IMG/VR virus record: IMGVR_UViG_2540341091_000001
Span: 1-16,169 of that record
Strand: one strand, 5' to 3'
Source: a virus
Taxonomy: Duplodnaviria; Heunggongvirae; Uroviricota; Caudoviricetes
Length of the DNA: 16,169 nt
This document shows, in pieces, positions 9,001 through 15,793 of this stretch. Positions within the stretch are counted from its first letter, which is position 1. Each line of letters starts with the position of its first letter. Under the pieces are notes generated by a model. It did no database searches and was not told the origin of the DNA. It was given only the letters and a program-made list of their open reading frames with translations. The translations under genes were made by a program, and so were the position numbers.

Positions 9001-9367
9001 GCTGAAAGACAATATTCAGATTATCAGTGACGCAACCGAAGCTATCCGTAAAATGAACGGGTACACCTACACACTTAAGGAAAACGGACTGCCTTACGCT
9101 GGTGTTATTGCACAGGAAGCAATGGAGGCAATACCGGAAGCGGTAGGCTCATTCACTCATTACGGTAAAGAGTTGCAGGGACCAACGGTTGACGGCAATG
9201 AATTACGTGAAGAAACACGTTATCTGAATGTTGACTACGCCGCCGTGACGGGCTTACTTGTTCAGGTCGCCCGTGAAACAGATGATCGCGTTACCGCGCT
9301 GGAAGAAGAAAACGCAGAATTAAAACAAAGATTATCTGCAATTGAGGCGGCGCTTGCCTCTAAATAA
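6026..9367 (+). CDS. stf: side tail fibre: lambda Stf-like N-terminus, divergent central/distal region, C-terminal intramolecular-chaperone (peptidase S74-like) domain
   Basis: N-terminus MAVKISGVLKDG...GRYSMDVEYGQYSV...HAGTITVYEDSQPGTLNDFL is near-identical to lambda Stf as I recall it. Real ATG is 6026 (the track begins at a GTG at 6020). C-terminal 125 aa (SDRELKDNI...TALEEENAELKQRL) resemble the self-cleaving chaperone domain of endosialidase-type fibres. Confidence 0.85.
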   Translation: MAVKISGVLKDGAGKPVQNCTIQLKAKRNSTTVVVNTVASENPDEAGRYSMDVEYGQYSVILLVEGFPPSHAGTITVYEDSQPGTLNDFLGAMTEDDARPEALRRFELMVEEVARNASAVAQNTAAAKKSASDASTSARDASASKEAAKSSEMSAASSETAAGNSAKAAKTSETNADNSAQAAAASQTASANYATAAKKSETNAKNSEAATKSSETNAAKSAADALNYRNQAQLIVGDNIGLGSAPRDCPDISGNPSGYIGFMRIMSNAKGFPSIASGESSLTGFISQVDGTPAYTGVFQGWATRSLYTYRWNPTIGPQWTRHARKDEVIRFQRSSDTRTIILSTDVQADGCYLQVDADGQWGAFNPKAGRWQPLAVAQGGTGANDASTARSKLEVMFEAKTGLDANTNLNDIKGTTAGFYYQPMSANAKPELNYPIQLAGALLVQRTGANGSDGCIQSYFVYNNSSILYRRIYTSTQGWSVWKKIVLTERIEEGESTTYVYSNYSPSAPRLQVSTSGLWGCHNGSSWVPLPIGQGGTNAATVDGARTNLGLGRNNSPQLNSLFLDRYSDSTNTYTSSGILHTRLLATDSTVRLGADMYVETLSNEPGQLTIRFTYDGSTGASKYLNLNSEGNLIVDSAILRSTVEKPLQIRSANPAIRFNETDRPANTPTYTLIANAGDWFIQKRDYDDAGSVSNAIAYNFANDRIDVQNLKASGLITANSGIATLTGHDWNAQHTDNVDKFRPIAGSTNGPAGSMVLGGIHVQFSKNYAVQFGGRNSGFWGRTIENGTTQEWKKLLTVDDLNSSTDLAVRSLTTSNPVKSGGGRIDVLGSTSDYSKMDCFVRGFDSTGNSLAWALGSSVGVSKMLSLKNFFSGAEILLNGNDGAVQLKTGAVNGAKAQALTINKDEVNSTVDLTLTKQTGTGNRFVLQNLGNTELPFAVKVWGSGDRQNVFEVGTSAAYLFYAQKTSSGQLFDVNGAINCTTLNQLSDRELKDNIQIISDATEAIRKMNGYTYTLKENGLPYAGVIAQEAMEAIPEAVGSFTHYGKELQGPTVDGNELREETRYLNVDYAAVTGLLVQVARETDDRVTALEEENAELKQRLSAIEAALASK
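6380..6710 (+). repeat. in-frame Ala/Ser/Thr-rich tandem peptide repeats within stf
   Basis: Translation shows repeated units such as AAKTSETNADNS, AAKKSETNAKNS, ATKSSETNAAKS, as in lambda Stf. Confidence 0.4.
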
Positions 9368-9373
9368 TATTAA

Positions 9374-9396
9374 GGGGCTGTGCGCCCCGTTTTATT
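9374..9396 (+). terminator. putative intrinsic terminator after stf
   Basis: Stem GGGGC (9374-9378) / GCCCC (9384-9388) followed by GTTTTATT. Confidence 0.4.
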
Positions 9397-9403
9397 GGGT
9401 AGG

Positions 9404-9697
9404 ATGAAAATGGGTATAACACCTTTCCTTCATGCACTTTGTGCTGTGGCTGCGCAGATACTGGTGGGGCTTTTTACCGGAAACTGGGTTTACGGAGCGA
9501 TAGCCAGTTGTACGTTCTTCATTGCGGGCGAACACACCCAAGCATAATATCGCTGGATTGAAATGTTCGGGCATGGCAAGCGGATTAACATGCCGTGGTG
9601 GGGCGGTTTTGATCCACGCGCATGGGATGTGGCAAGCCTGATGGATTTTGCTGTGCCGATGGTAGCGTGTCTTCTGATCTGGCTGTTGATCCGTTGA
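9404..9697 (+). pseudogene. small hydrophobic (membrane) protein gene interrupted by an in-frame TAA at 9545-9547
   Basis: Frame from ATG 9404 gives MKMGITPFLHALCAVAAQILVGLFTGNWVYGAIASCTFFIAGEHTQA, then TAA, then continues in the same frame for 49 codons (YRWIEMFGHGKRINMPWWGGFDPRAWDVASLMDFAVPMVACLLIWLLIR) to TGA at 9695-9697. Not in the ORF track because each half is under 60 aa. Confidence 0.35.
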
Positions 9698-9705
9698 ACA
9701 TAAAA

Positions 9706-9741
9706 AGCCGCAGCAACTTGCCATGGCAGGATACTGCGGCT
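9706..9741. terminator. putative bidirectional terminator between the small membrane-protein gene and the convergent RT gene
   Basis: 8-bp stem AGCCGCAG (9706-9713) / CTGCGGCT (9734-9741) with a 20-nt loop containing the palindrome TGCCATGGCA; A-run upstream and T-rich DNA downstream. Confidence 0.3.
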
Positions 9742-9804
9742 GGTTTGTGAGTTTAAATAGTGTGTTTATTGCGATATATTTTAATGACTTAATGGATTAC
9801 ATAT

Positions 9805-10668
9805 CTATGATATTCCTGAAATATCCTCTTCAAGCTCTTTTACTGATTTCGCAATTTTAAATTTAAACTTCCTCTCTATTTCACTATTGCTAAGTTTTTT
9901 TTCCTTCTCTTTACCTATCCACATAGAAACAAGTTCTCGTTTCTGAGATATATGTAGATTGTCAAAGTTAGGTATGTATTTAAAAGTCTCCGCTCTACCT
10001 CTGCGGAGTTCATAGAAAGTTTTAATCAAAGATTTTGGTTTTATTTCTGATGAAAGGCCGAATCGGCGGATAAGATTATTGATAGTATGATTAACAGAGC
10101 GAAGTTGAGCTGTTGAGGTTATTTGTGAGAAGTACGATACCCATCCCAATCGTTTACCTTCAAACACACATCCCGTAATTCTGAGATTTAGTTTCCACTG
10201 ACAATATGCAACAGCTCGTTCTTTATCACGCTTACTTTTAGCTTGTAGTAGAGCGTGCCTATATGCAGTAAAAATTTTTGCTAAGGATGACTCAAATCTA
10301 AGAATGCTCTCATGTTTTATCAATAATTCTCGATTTTCTATGTGGTATCCCAAAAAGTTAAAACTTTCATCCAAACTGCCTACTTTGGATTTTGAGTTCT
10401 CTTCATTTAATGGATGTGGGTTTAAATTTAATGATTGAAGCTTATCAATGATATGAGAAGCTATTTTTGTTGCTTGATATTTTGGTGTTAAAATAAGAAT
10501 GTCATCAACGTATCGCATGTACCATATGTCATGCATTTTATTGATTTCATCATCGAAATTAGATAGTGATATTTCAGCTAAAATGTTTGATATCGCTAAT
10601 CCCTGAGGTACTCCTCTGGTATTATTAGGGATACCTTTGCTTCCTGTGGTTCCACTTACAGTAGGCAC
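9805..10668 (-). CDS. reverse transcriptase, C-terminal segment (motifs 3-7 and a 170-aa C-terminal extension); in the -1 frame relative to the N-terminal segment
   Basis: Translation has GVPQGLAISNILAEI (motif 3/4), YMRYVDDILIL (the YxDD active site) and FNFLGYHI (motif 7). The track start is a GTG; this frame is open upstream to a TAG at 10708-10710, so it spans the A6G site of the upstream segment. Confidence 0.8.
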   Translation of the reverse strand: MPTVSGTTGSKGIPNNTRGVPQGLAISNILAEISLSNFDDEINKMHDIWYMRYVDDILILTPKYQATKIASHIIDKLQSLNLNPHPLNEENSKSKVGSLDESFNFLGYHIENRELLIKHESILRFESSLAKIFTAYRHALLQAKSKRDKERAVAYCQWKLNLRITGCVFEGKRLGWVSYFSQITSTAQLRSVNHTINNLIRRFGLSSEIKPKSLIKTFYELRRGRAETFKYIPNFDNLHISQKRELVSMWIGKEKEKKLSNSEIERKFKFKIAKSVKELEEDISGIS

Positions 10669-10685
10669 GATTAATGATGATGTTA

Positions 10686-11174
10686 TTAACTGTCTAATTT
10701 CTTTTTTCTAATTTTATTTTTTATTGCATTAATTATCAATTTATGTTCAATTGAAGGATAGAAACTTTTAAGATCTATTTTTGCATATTCAGCATATAGA
10801 CTGTTGTTTAATGCTTCTTTCAATGAGTCAATTACTGTATGTGGTAGTTTTAATCTGGACTTAGGATATATTTCCGTAAGGCATTCACAGAGAGCTCTAA
10901 GAGTAATTCTGTCCCTAGCAGTTGGTATGGAAATCTGTCTGGGTGTAGAGTTAGCGCCTTTAGATATTAATTTTTCTTTATATGCTGTAAATTTGTAATT
11001 GCCAGAATTAACCTTTTCAAAAATGAAAGTGATCTCATTTTTTATTGTCAAATCAAGTTTTGATGGGCGAATCCGATCTATGCCAATCGCTCCTGATTCT
11101 TTGATTTTTTCAGAGTATACTTTTAGAAGATTTTTTTTCGAGAATGACTTTTTAAAAATTCTGCTTGCAGTCAT
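10686..11174 (-). CDS. reverse transcriptase, N-terminal segment (fingers, motifs 1-2); frame ends 15 nt after an A_AAA_AAG heptamer
   Basis: ATG at 11174 (the track begins at a TTG at 11180). Motifs GIDRIRPSKL, PRQISIPTARDRITLRAL and AKIDLKSFYPSI. Start overlaps the 3' end of the upstream membrane-protein gene by 23 nt. Confidence 0.75.
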   Translation of the reverse strand: MTASRIFKKSFSKKNLLKVYSEKIKESGAIGIDRIRPSKLDLTIKNEITFIFEKVNSGNYKFTAYKEKLISKGANSTPRQISIPTARDRITLRALCECLTEIYPKSRLKLPHTVIDSLKEALNNSLYAEYAKIDLKSFYPSIEHKLIINAIKNKIRKKKLDS

Positions 11175-11703
11175 AGTCAATCCAAAGATATATTAATGGG
11201 AGTATATAAAGTGCGGCAGTAATAAATATTCGAAGTAATATCCATAAAATAACAATTATTTTTTCTTTTTGTGTGGGGATCCTCGTCTTAAGTCCAACTT
11301 GAGTTACCCTTGAAATTTTATCATCTATGTCACGGTGATTCTCAACCTCATTGAGCAAATTAAAATATTTTTCTTTCTGTTCAAGAGATAACTGTTGACT
11401 GGTGGTAATGTCAAAATAGAGTCGCTGTAGTGCAATATAATTCCTTCTCATGGCTATTGCTCGACCACGAAAATCTAGGTTAGATACGATCAGAGAAATA
11501 CCCAGTAGAGCCACTGAAAGTATCGCCGCAACGACATCTGTATTATCTCCTAGAACCTTTGGAAATCGCAACGTTACAATTGAAAGTACCGCACTCAATA
11601 TAGCATACCAAACGAGGATAAATTGAGAGTGTTTTTCAAGCCATTCTAGTCGATGGTGCGCTTGGATACGTGCTTTATATGTAAACCAAATATTGTCATG
11701 CAT
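11152..11703 (-). CDS. multi-pass membrane protein (two N-terminal TM helices plus a C-terminal hydrophobic helix), possibly SLATT-like; candidate effector partner of the RT
   Basis: 183 aa; hydrophobic segments FILVWYAILSAVLSIVTL, VVAAILSVALLGISLIVS and IIVILWILLRIFITAALYILPLIYLW around a charged helical middle. Translationally coupled to the RT. SLATT assignment is an unverified guess from architecture. Confidence 0.6.
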   Translation of the reverse strand: MHDNIWFTYKARIQAHHRLEWLEKHSQFILVWYAILSAVLSIVTLRFPKVLGDNTDVVAAILSVALLGISLIVSNLDFRGRAIAMRRNYIALQRLYFDITTSQQLSLEQKEKYFNLLNEVENHRDIDDKISRVTQVGLKTRIPTQKEKIIVILWILLRIFITAALYILPLIYLWIDYDCKQNF

Positions 11704-11727
11704 AAAAGATCCTTTTTAAAAGCGGAA

Positions 11728-11808
11728 GGGGCAGGATATATTGGAACCGTTGAACATCCTGCCCGGCAGGATCAGTGAGCATAAGCTCAACAGTAAAATA
11801 TTACTGTT
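11728..11808 (-). other. structured 5' leader of the membrane-protein/RT operon (candidate cis-regulatory RNA or RT-associated ncRNA)
   Basis: 9-bp stem GGGCAGGAT (11728-11736) / ATCCTGCCC (11755-11763) with an 18-nt loop; 20-bp palindrome AACAGTA-AAATAT-TACTGTT (11789-11808). Confidence 0.3.
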
Positions 11809-11865
11809 CATTATCAGAGCCGCCCTTGCATGCGCAAGAGGAAAAACCTGCCCCATCCCTTTGAA

Positions 11866-11894
11866 TTATTACAATTTAATGATCTTAAAGTCAA
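11866..11894 (-). promoter_or_regulatory. candidate sigma70 promoter for the membrane-protein/RT operon
   Basis: Minus strand TTGACT (plus 11889-11894), 17-bp spacer, TAATAA (plus 11866-11871); about 30 bp from the IS2 left end. Confidence 0.3.
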
Positions 11895-12015
11895 TACAAG
11901 TGAATGGTGTCCAGAGATGATGAATAGACTGGCCCCCTGAATCTCCAGACAACCAGTATCACTTAAATAAGTGATAGTCTTAATACTAGTTTTTAGACTA
12001 GTCATTGGAGAACAG

Positions 12016-12381
12016 ATGATTGATGTCTTAGGGCCGGAGAAACGCAGACGGCGTACCACACAGGAAAAGATCGCAATTGTTCAGCAGAGCTTTGAACCGG
12101 GGATGACGGTCTCCCTCGTTGCCCGGCAACATGGTGTAGCAGCCAGCCAGTTATTTCTCTGGCGTAAGCAATACCAGGAAGGAAGTCTTACTGCTGTCGC
12201 CGCCGGAGAACAGGTTGTTCCTGCCTCTGAACTTGCTGCCGCCATGAAGCAGATTAAAGAACTCCAGCGCCTGCTCGGCAAGAAAACGATGGAAAATGAA
12301 CTCCTCAAAGAAGCCGTTGAATATGGACGGGCAAAAAAGTGGATAGCGCACGCGCCCTTATTGCCCGGGGATGGGGAGTAA
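12016..12381 (+). CDS. insC: IS2 transposase OrfA (InsC)
   Basis: [41 protein letters not shown]... is the IS2 InsC sequence; ATG 12016 with GGAG at 12007-12010. The track ORF from 11971 is an upstream extension. Confidence 0.9.
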
Positions 12382-13244
12382 GCTTAGTCAGCCGTTGTCT
12401 CCGGGTGTCGCGTGCGCAGTTGCACGTCATTCTCAGACGAACCGATGACTGGATGGATGGCCGCCGCAGTCGTCACACTGATGATACGGATGTGCTTCTC
12501 CGTATACACCATGTTATCGGAGAGCTGCCCACGTATGGTTATCGTCGGGTATGGGCGCTGCTTCGCAGACAGGCAGAACTTGATGGTATGCCTGCGATCA
12601 ATGCCAAACGTGTTTACCGGATCATGCGCCAGAATGCGCTGTTGCTTGAGCGAAAACCTGCTGTACCGCCATCGAAACGGGCACATACAGGCAGAGTGGC
12701 CGTGAAAGAAAGCAATCAGCGATGGTGCTCTGACGGGTTCGAGTTCTGCTGTGATAACGGAGAGAGACTGCGTGTCACGTTCGCGCTGGACTGCTGTGAT
12801 CGTGAGGCACTGCACTGGGCGGTCACTACCGGCGGCTTCAACAGTGAAACAGTACAGGACGTCATGCTGGGAGCGGTGGAACGCCGCTTCGGCAACGATC
12901 TTCCGTCGTCTCCAGTGGAGTGGCTGACGGATAATGGTTCATGCTACCGGGCTAATGAAACACGCCAGTTCGCCCGGATGTTGGGACTTGAACCGAAGAA
13001 CACGGCGGTGCGGAGTCCGGAGAGTAACGGAATAGCAGAGAGCTTCGTGAAAACGATAAAGCGTGACTACATCAGTATCATGCCCAAACCAGACGGGTTA
13101 ACGGCAGCAAAGAACCTTGCAGAGGCGTTCGAGCATTATAACGAATGGCATCCGCATAGTGCGCTGGGTTATCGCTCGCCACGGGAATATCTGCGGCAGC
13201 GGGCTTGTAATGGGTTAAGTGATAACAGATGTCTGGAAATATAG
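12339..13244 (+). CDS. insD: IS2 transposase OrfB (InsD), normally made as an OrfAB fusion by -1 frameshift at A6G (12333-12339)
   Basis: 301-aa DDE-type integrase-fold protein matching IS2 InsD; slippery A_AAA_AAG at 12333-12339 lies in the orfA/orfB overlap. Confidence 0.9.
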
Positions 13245-13260
13245 GGGCAAATCCATGAAC

Positions 13261-13509
13261 TTAATGAACAAACCACTCGTCAGCAGACTCCCAGGTATCT
13301 TTCAGAGTCTCCTGAACAAAAGTTTTAGCTGAATCTTTATCAGCGGTGCGCGTAACAGAAAGGCCATCGTTGCTGGTGGCTTTTACGATCACTTCTACAT
13401 CGTCATAACGTTTACTGATGCGTCGGGTTAATTCTTCCTTTAACGCATCCACAGCACCGGTTGGCATTTTAGTCATTTTTTCTTTGGCTATGCAGATTTC
13501 AATACGCAT
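13261..13509 (-). CDS. dinI: DinI-like SOS-inducible protein (prophage-borne)
   Basis: 82 aa [37 protein letters not shown]...[11 protein letters not shown] resembles DinI; GGGGA Shine-Dalgarno 5 nt upstream; LexA boxes immediately upstream. Confidence 0.8.
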   Translation of the reverse strand: MRIEICIAKEKMTKMPTGAVDALKEELTRRISKRYDDVEVIVKATSNDGLSVTRTADKDSAKTFVQETLKDTWESADEWFVH

Positions 13510-13523
13510 AAAAGTCCCCTACA

Positions 13524-13567
13524 CTGTATTTGTATACAGTATTATTTTTAACTGTATGGATAAACAG
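13524..13567 (-). promoter_or_regulatory. two tandem LexA (SOS) boxes in the dinI-like promoter region
   Basis: CTGTATTTGTATACAG (13524-13539) and CTGTATGGATAAACAG (13552-13567) both fit CTGT-N8-ACAG; the first, with flanks, is near-palindromic ACTGTAT...ATACAGTA. Confidence 0.7.
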
Positions 13568-13569
13568 TG

Positions 13570-14667
13570 TCAAGAGGTCTTATTTCTGCTCCTTTGGAGT
13601 TCTTCAAAACGATTATGTAAAGATTTCGGATACAGTTCGGTATATACCTGCCATAGCACGTTTAATGAACGATGCCCTGTAACCTGAGCGACTTCCTCAA
13701 TACTAAAACCAGCCTCAAATAAGCGACTTGCCCCTTCTCTACGCAAATCATGGTATCTCAGATCTTTAATACCTAATTTGCTTCTTACCCTCTGAAATCC
13801 TGCGGTAACAGAAGTGCTGTTATATGGAAAAATGAATTCTGATTTTTTGGGTTGTCGCTGGACGATATCCCAGGCTTCCCCAAGCAAGGCAACTTTCATA
13901 TGGTTGCCTTCCTTTTTACGTGGATCTTTCCTGTCTCTTACTAGTATAGATTTTTGTTCCTGGTCGAGATCTTCCCATCGTAACCGGCATACTTCTCCGA
14001 TTCGCATACAGGACCACACAGAAAATTTGAGGATATCAACGAACGGAATTTTTGAGCATTTATGAGTAGATCGTTGTTGAAGGCCTTCAATGAGCATGTT
14101 CAGTTCATCAGATGCTGGTCTACGATTACGACGGTTTGATTTACCAATCAAACCGAGTTTAAGTAGATATGGACGAGCGCTTTTCGCCGGGTTTGATGTG
14201 TAATTGATTCCGTATACAGGTTTTGCCGCATCCAGAACACTGCCAAGATAACTAACATCGTGGCTGACTGTTGCTGGGCCTGCACCAGCGTTGTTTCTTA
14301 GCCTGCAATGTTCAATTACGTCATTTTCTGTCAGTTCAGATAGTTTGATCGCGGAGATGTCACTATCCATAAGCAGTTCCAGCACATATCTTTTAGTACG
14401 GCCTGCTTTACCTCCGGCATTTGGGTCATTTAAATATTTGTGTAGTAAGTCACGGACTGTAAGTCCGTCAACAGCATTTGATGATGGAATGCCATATAGA
14501 TCTAATTCCATCACTTTCTGTGCGCCCCATGTTTTGGCATGAGCATGTTTAGGGAATGTTTTGCTTTCCCTGTAAGTGATAACACCTTTTTCTTTGATAA
14601 TCACATTACAGCGATAGCGTGGTGTGCCATCGGATTTTAGTCGTTTCTCTATGTTATAGTACGCCAT
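13570..14667 (-). CDS. int: tyrosine recombinase / phage integrase, dusA-associated type
   Basis: 365 aa; C-terminal catalytic region with RYHDLRREG, HRS and conserved Tyr (WQVYTELY). Divergent from and directly adjacent to the 5' end of dusA. GAGG Shine-Dalgarno 7 nt upstream of ATG 14667. Confidence 0.9.
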   Translation of the reverse strand: MAYYNIEKRLKSDGTPRYRCNVIIKEKGVITYRESKTFPKHAHAKTWGAQKVMELDLYGIPSSNAVDGLTVRDLLHKYLNDPNAGGKAGRTKRYVLELLMDSDISAIKLSELTENDVIEHCRLRNNAGAGPATVSHDVSYLGSVLDAAKPVYGINYTSNPAKSARPYLLKLGLIGKSNRRNRRPASDELNMLIEGLQQRSTHKCSKIPFVDILKFSVWSCMRIGEVCRLRWEDLDQEQKSILVRDRKDPRKKEGNHMKVALLGEAWDIVQRQPKKSEFIFPYNSTSVTAGFQRVRSKLGIKDLRYHDLRREGASRLFEAGFSIEEVAQVTGHRSLNVLWQVYTELYPKSLHNRFEELQRSRNKTS

Positions 14668-14755
14668 TACACGACCTCGTTATTTCGGGTTCCCATAAAG
14701 CGTGGGAACCTGTGCGGGAACCTAACGCGAGAAAAATAGCCTGAAATGTTCAAAA

Positions 14756-15793
14756 ATGCACGATAATCCTGAAACACAGAAAACTAATCAAACCAGCGTG
14801 ATGCCTGAAAAAACTGGCGCTTACTGGAGTTCTCGGTTTAGCATTGCTCCTATGCTCGACTGGACGGACAGACATTGCCGCTATTTCTTGCGTCTGCTTT
14901 CCCGCAATACGTTGCTGTATACCGAAATGGTGACCACAGGGGCGATTATTCACGGTAAAGGTGATTACCTGGCGTACAGTGAAGAAGAACATCCGGTAGC
15001 GTTGCAACTCGGCGGTAGCGATCCGGCGGCGCTGGCACAGTGTGCGAAGCTGGCAGAAGCGCGTGGATATGATGAGATCAACCTGAATGTCGGCTGCCCG
15101 TCTGACCGGGTGCAGAACGGCATGTTTGGTGCGTGTCTGATGGGTAATGCGCAGCTGGTTGCCGACTGCGTGAAAGCGATGCGCGATGTGGTGTCGATTC
15201 CAGTGACGGTGAAAACGCGTATTGGCATCGATGACCAGGACAGCTATGAATTTCTCTGCGATTTCATCAACACCGTTTCCGGCAAAGGCGAGTGTGAGAT
15301 GTTTATCATCCACGCACGTAAAGCCTGGCTTTCGGGGTTAAGCCCGAAAGAAAACCGTGAAATCCCGCCGCTCGATTATCCGCGTGTGTATCAACTGAAG
15401 CGTGACTTTCCGCATCTGACAATGTCGATTAACGGTGGTATCAAGTCGCTGGAAGAGGCCAAAGCACACCTGCAACATATGGATGGCGTGATGGTCGGGC
15501 GCGAGGCGTATCAGAATCCGGGTATTCTGGCGGCGGTAGACCGGGAGATCTTTGGTTCCTCGGATACCGATGCCGATCCAGTGGCGGTAGTGCGCGCCAT
15601 GTATCCGTACATTGAGCGTGAACTCAGCCAGGGGACGTATCTCGGCCATATTACCCGGCATATGTTGGGCTTGTTCCAGGGTATTCCTGGCGCGCGGCAG
15701 TGGCGGCGTTATTTAAGTGAAAATGCCCATAAAGCGGGTGCAGACATTAATGTGCTGGAACACGCGCTCAAACTGGTGGCGGATAAGCGTTAA
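14756..15793 (+). CDS. dusA: tRNA-dihydrouridine synthase A; 5' end probably contributed or reconstituted by the integrated element (alternative start ATG 14801)
   Basis: Translation matches E. coli DusA throughout ([37 protein letters not shown], ...ALKLVADKR); followed by pspG as in the E. coli chromosome. Confidence 0.9.
   Translation: MHDNPETQKTNQTSVMPEKTGAYWSSRFSIAPMLDWTDRHCRYFLRLLSRNTLLYTEMVTTGAIIHGKGDYLAYSEEEHPVALQLGGSDPAALAQCAKLAEARGYDEINLNVGCPSDRVQNGMFGACLMGNAQLVADCVKAMRDVVSIPVTVKTRIGIDDQDSYEFLCDFINTVSGKGECEMFIIHARKAWLSGLSPKENREIPPLDYPRVYQLKRDFPHLTMSINGGIKSLEEAKAHLQHMDGVMVGREAYQNPGILAAVDREIFGSSDTDADPVAVVRAMYPYIERELSQGTYLGHITRHMLGLFQGIPGARQWRRYLSENAHKAGADINVLEHALKLVADKR

Larger units (their letters stand above)
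11925..13255 (+). mobile_element. IS2 (IS3 family) insertion sequence, apparently intact, about 1.33 kb
   Basis: Left end TAGACTGGCCCCCTGAATCTCCAGACAACCA... and right end ...GGGGCAAATCCA match the IS2 terminal repeats as I recall them; encodes InsC and InsD. Candidate 5-bp target duplication ATGAA at 11920-11924 and 13255-13259 (the A at 13255 could belong to either). Confidence 0.9.

Noticed and set aside
5949-9367. Antisense or alternative-frame ORFs within the tail-fibre gene (5949-6143, 6041-6238, 6193-6432, 6249-6701, 6794-6994, 7005-7256, 7500-7682, 7849-8031, 7970-8155, 8214-8420, 8332-8523)
   Set aside because: All nested in the 3.3-kb stf CDS; the Pro/Arg-rich 6249-6701 ORF is the reverse reading of the Ala/Ser repeat region.
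9392-9724. Minus-strand ORF 9392-9724 (110 aa)
   Set aside because: Cys/His/Pro-rich translation with no RBS; the plus strand carries a coherent though interrupted membrane-protein frame.
10804-11196. Plus-strand ORFs 10804-10998 and 10999-11196
   Set aside because: Antisense to the RT N-terminal segment, which has clear RT motifs.
11789-11808. Palindrome AACAGTA-N6-TACTGTT considered as a LexA box
   Set aside because: Half-sites are in the wrong order (ACAG...CTGT rather than CTGT-N8-ACAG) and spacing is wrong; kept only as a generic palindrome or hairpin.
11814-12059. Minus-strand ORF 11814-12059 and the 5' extension of insC from 11971
   Set aside because: Crosses the IS2 inverted repeat and is antisense to insC; IS2 InsC starts at 12016.
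12081-12815. ORFs 12081-12308, 12151-12351, 12384-12815 (-) and 12412-12705 (+)
   Set aside because: Antisense or alternative frames inside IS2 orfA/orfB.
13418-14542. Plus-strand ORFs 13418-13687, 13814-14065 and 14291-14542
   Set aside because: Antisense to dinI or the integrase; no independent support.
14750-15661. Minus-strand ORFs 14750-15313, 14965-15228 and 15338-15661
   Set aside because: Antisense to dusA, a conserved core gene; Arg/His-rich translations typical of GC-rich antisense.
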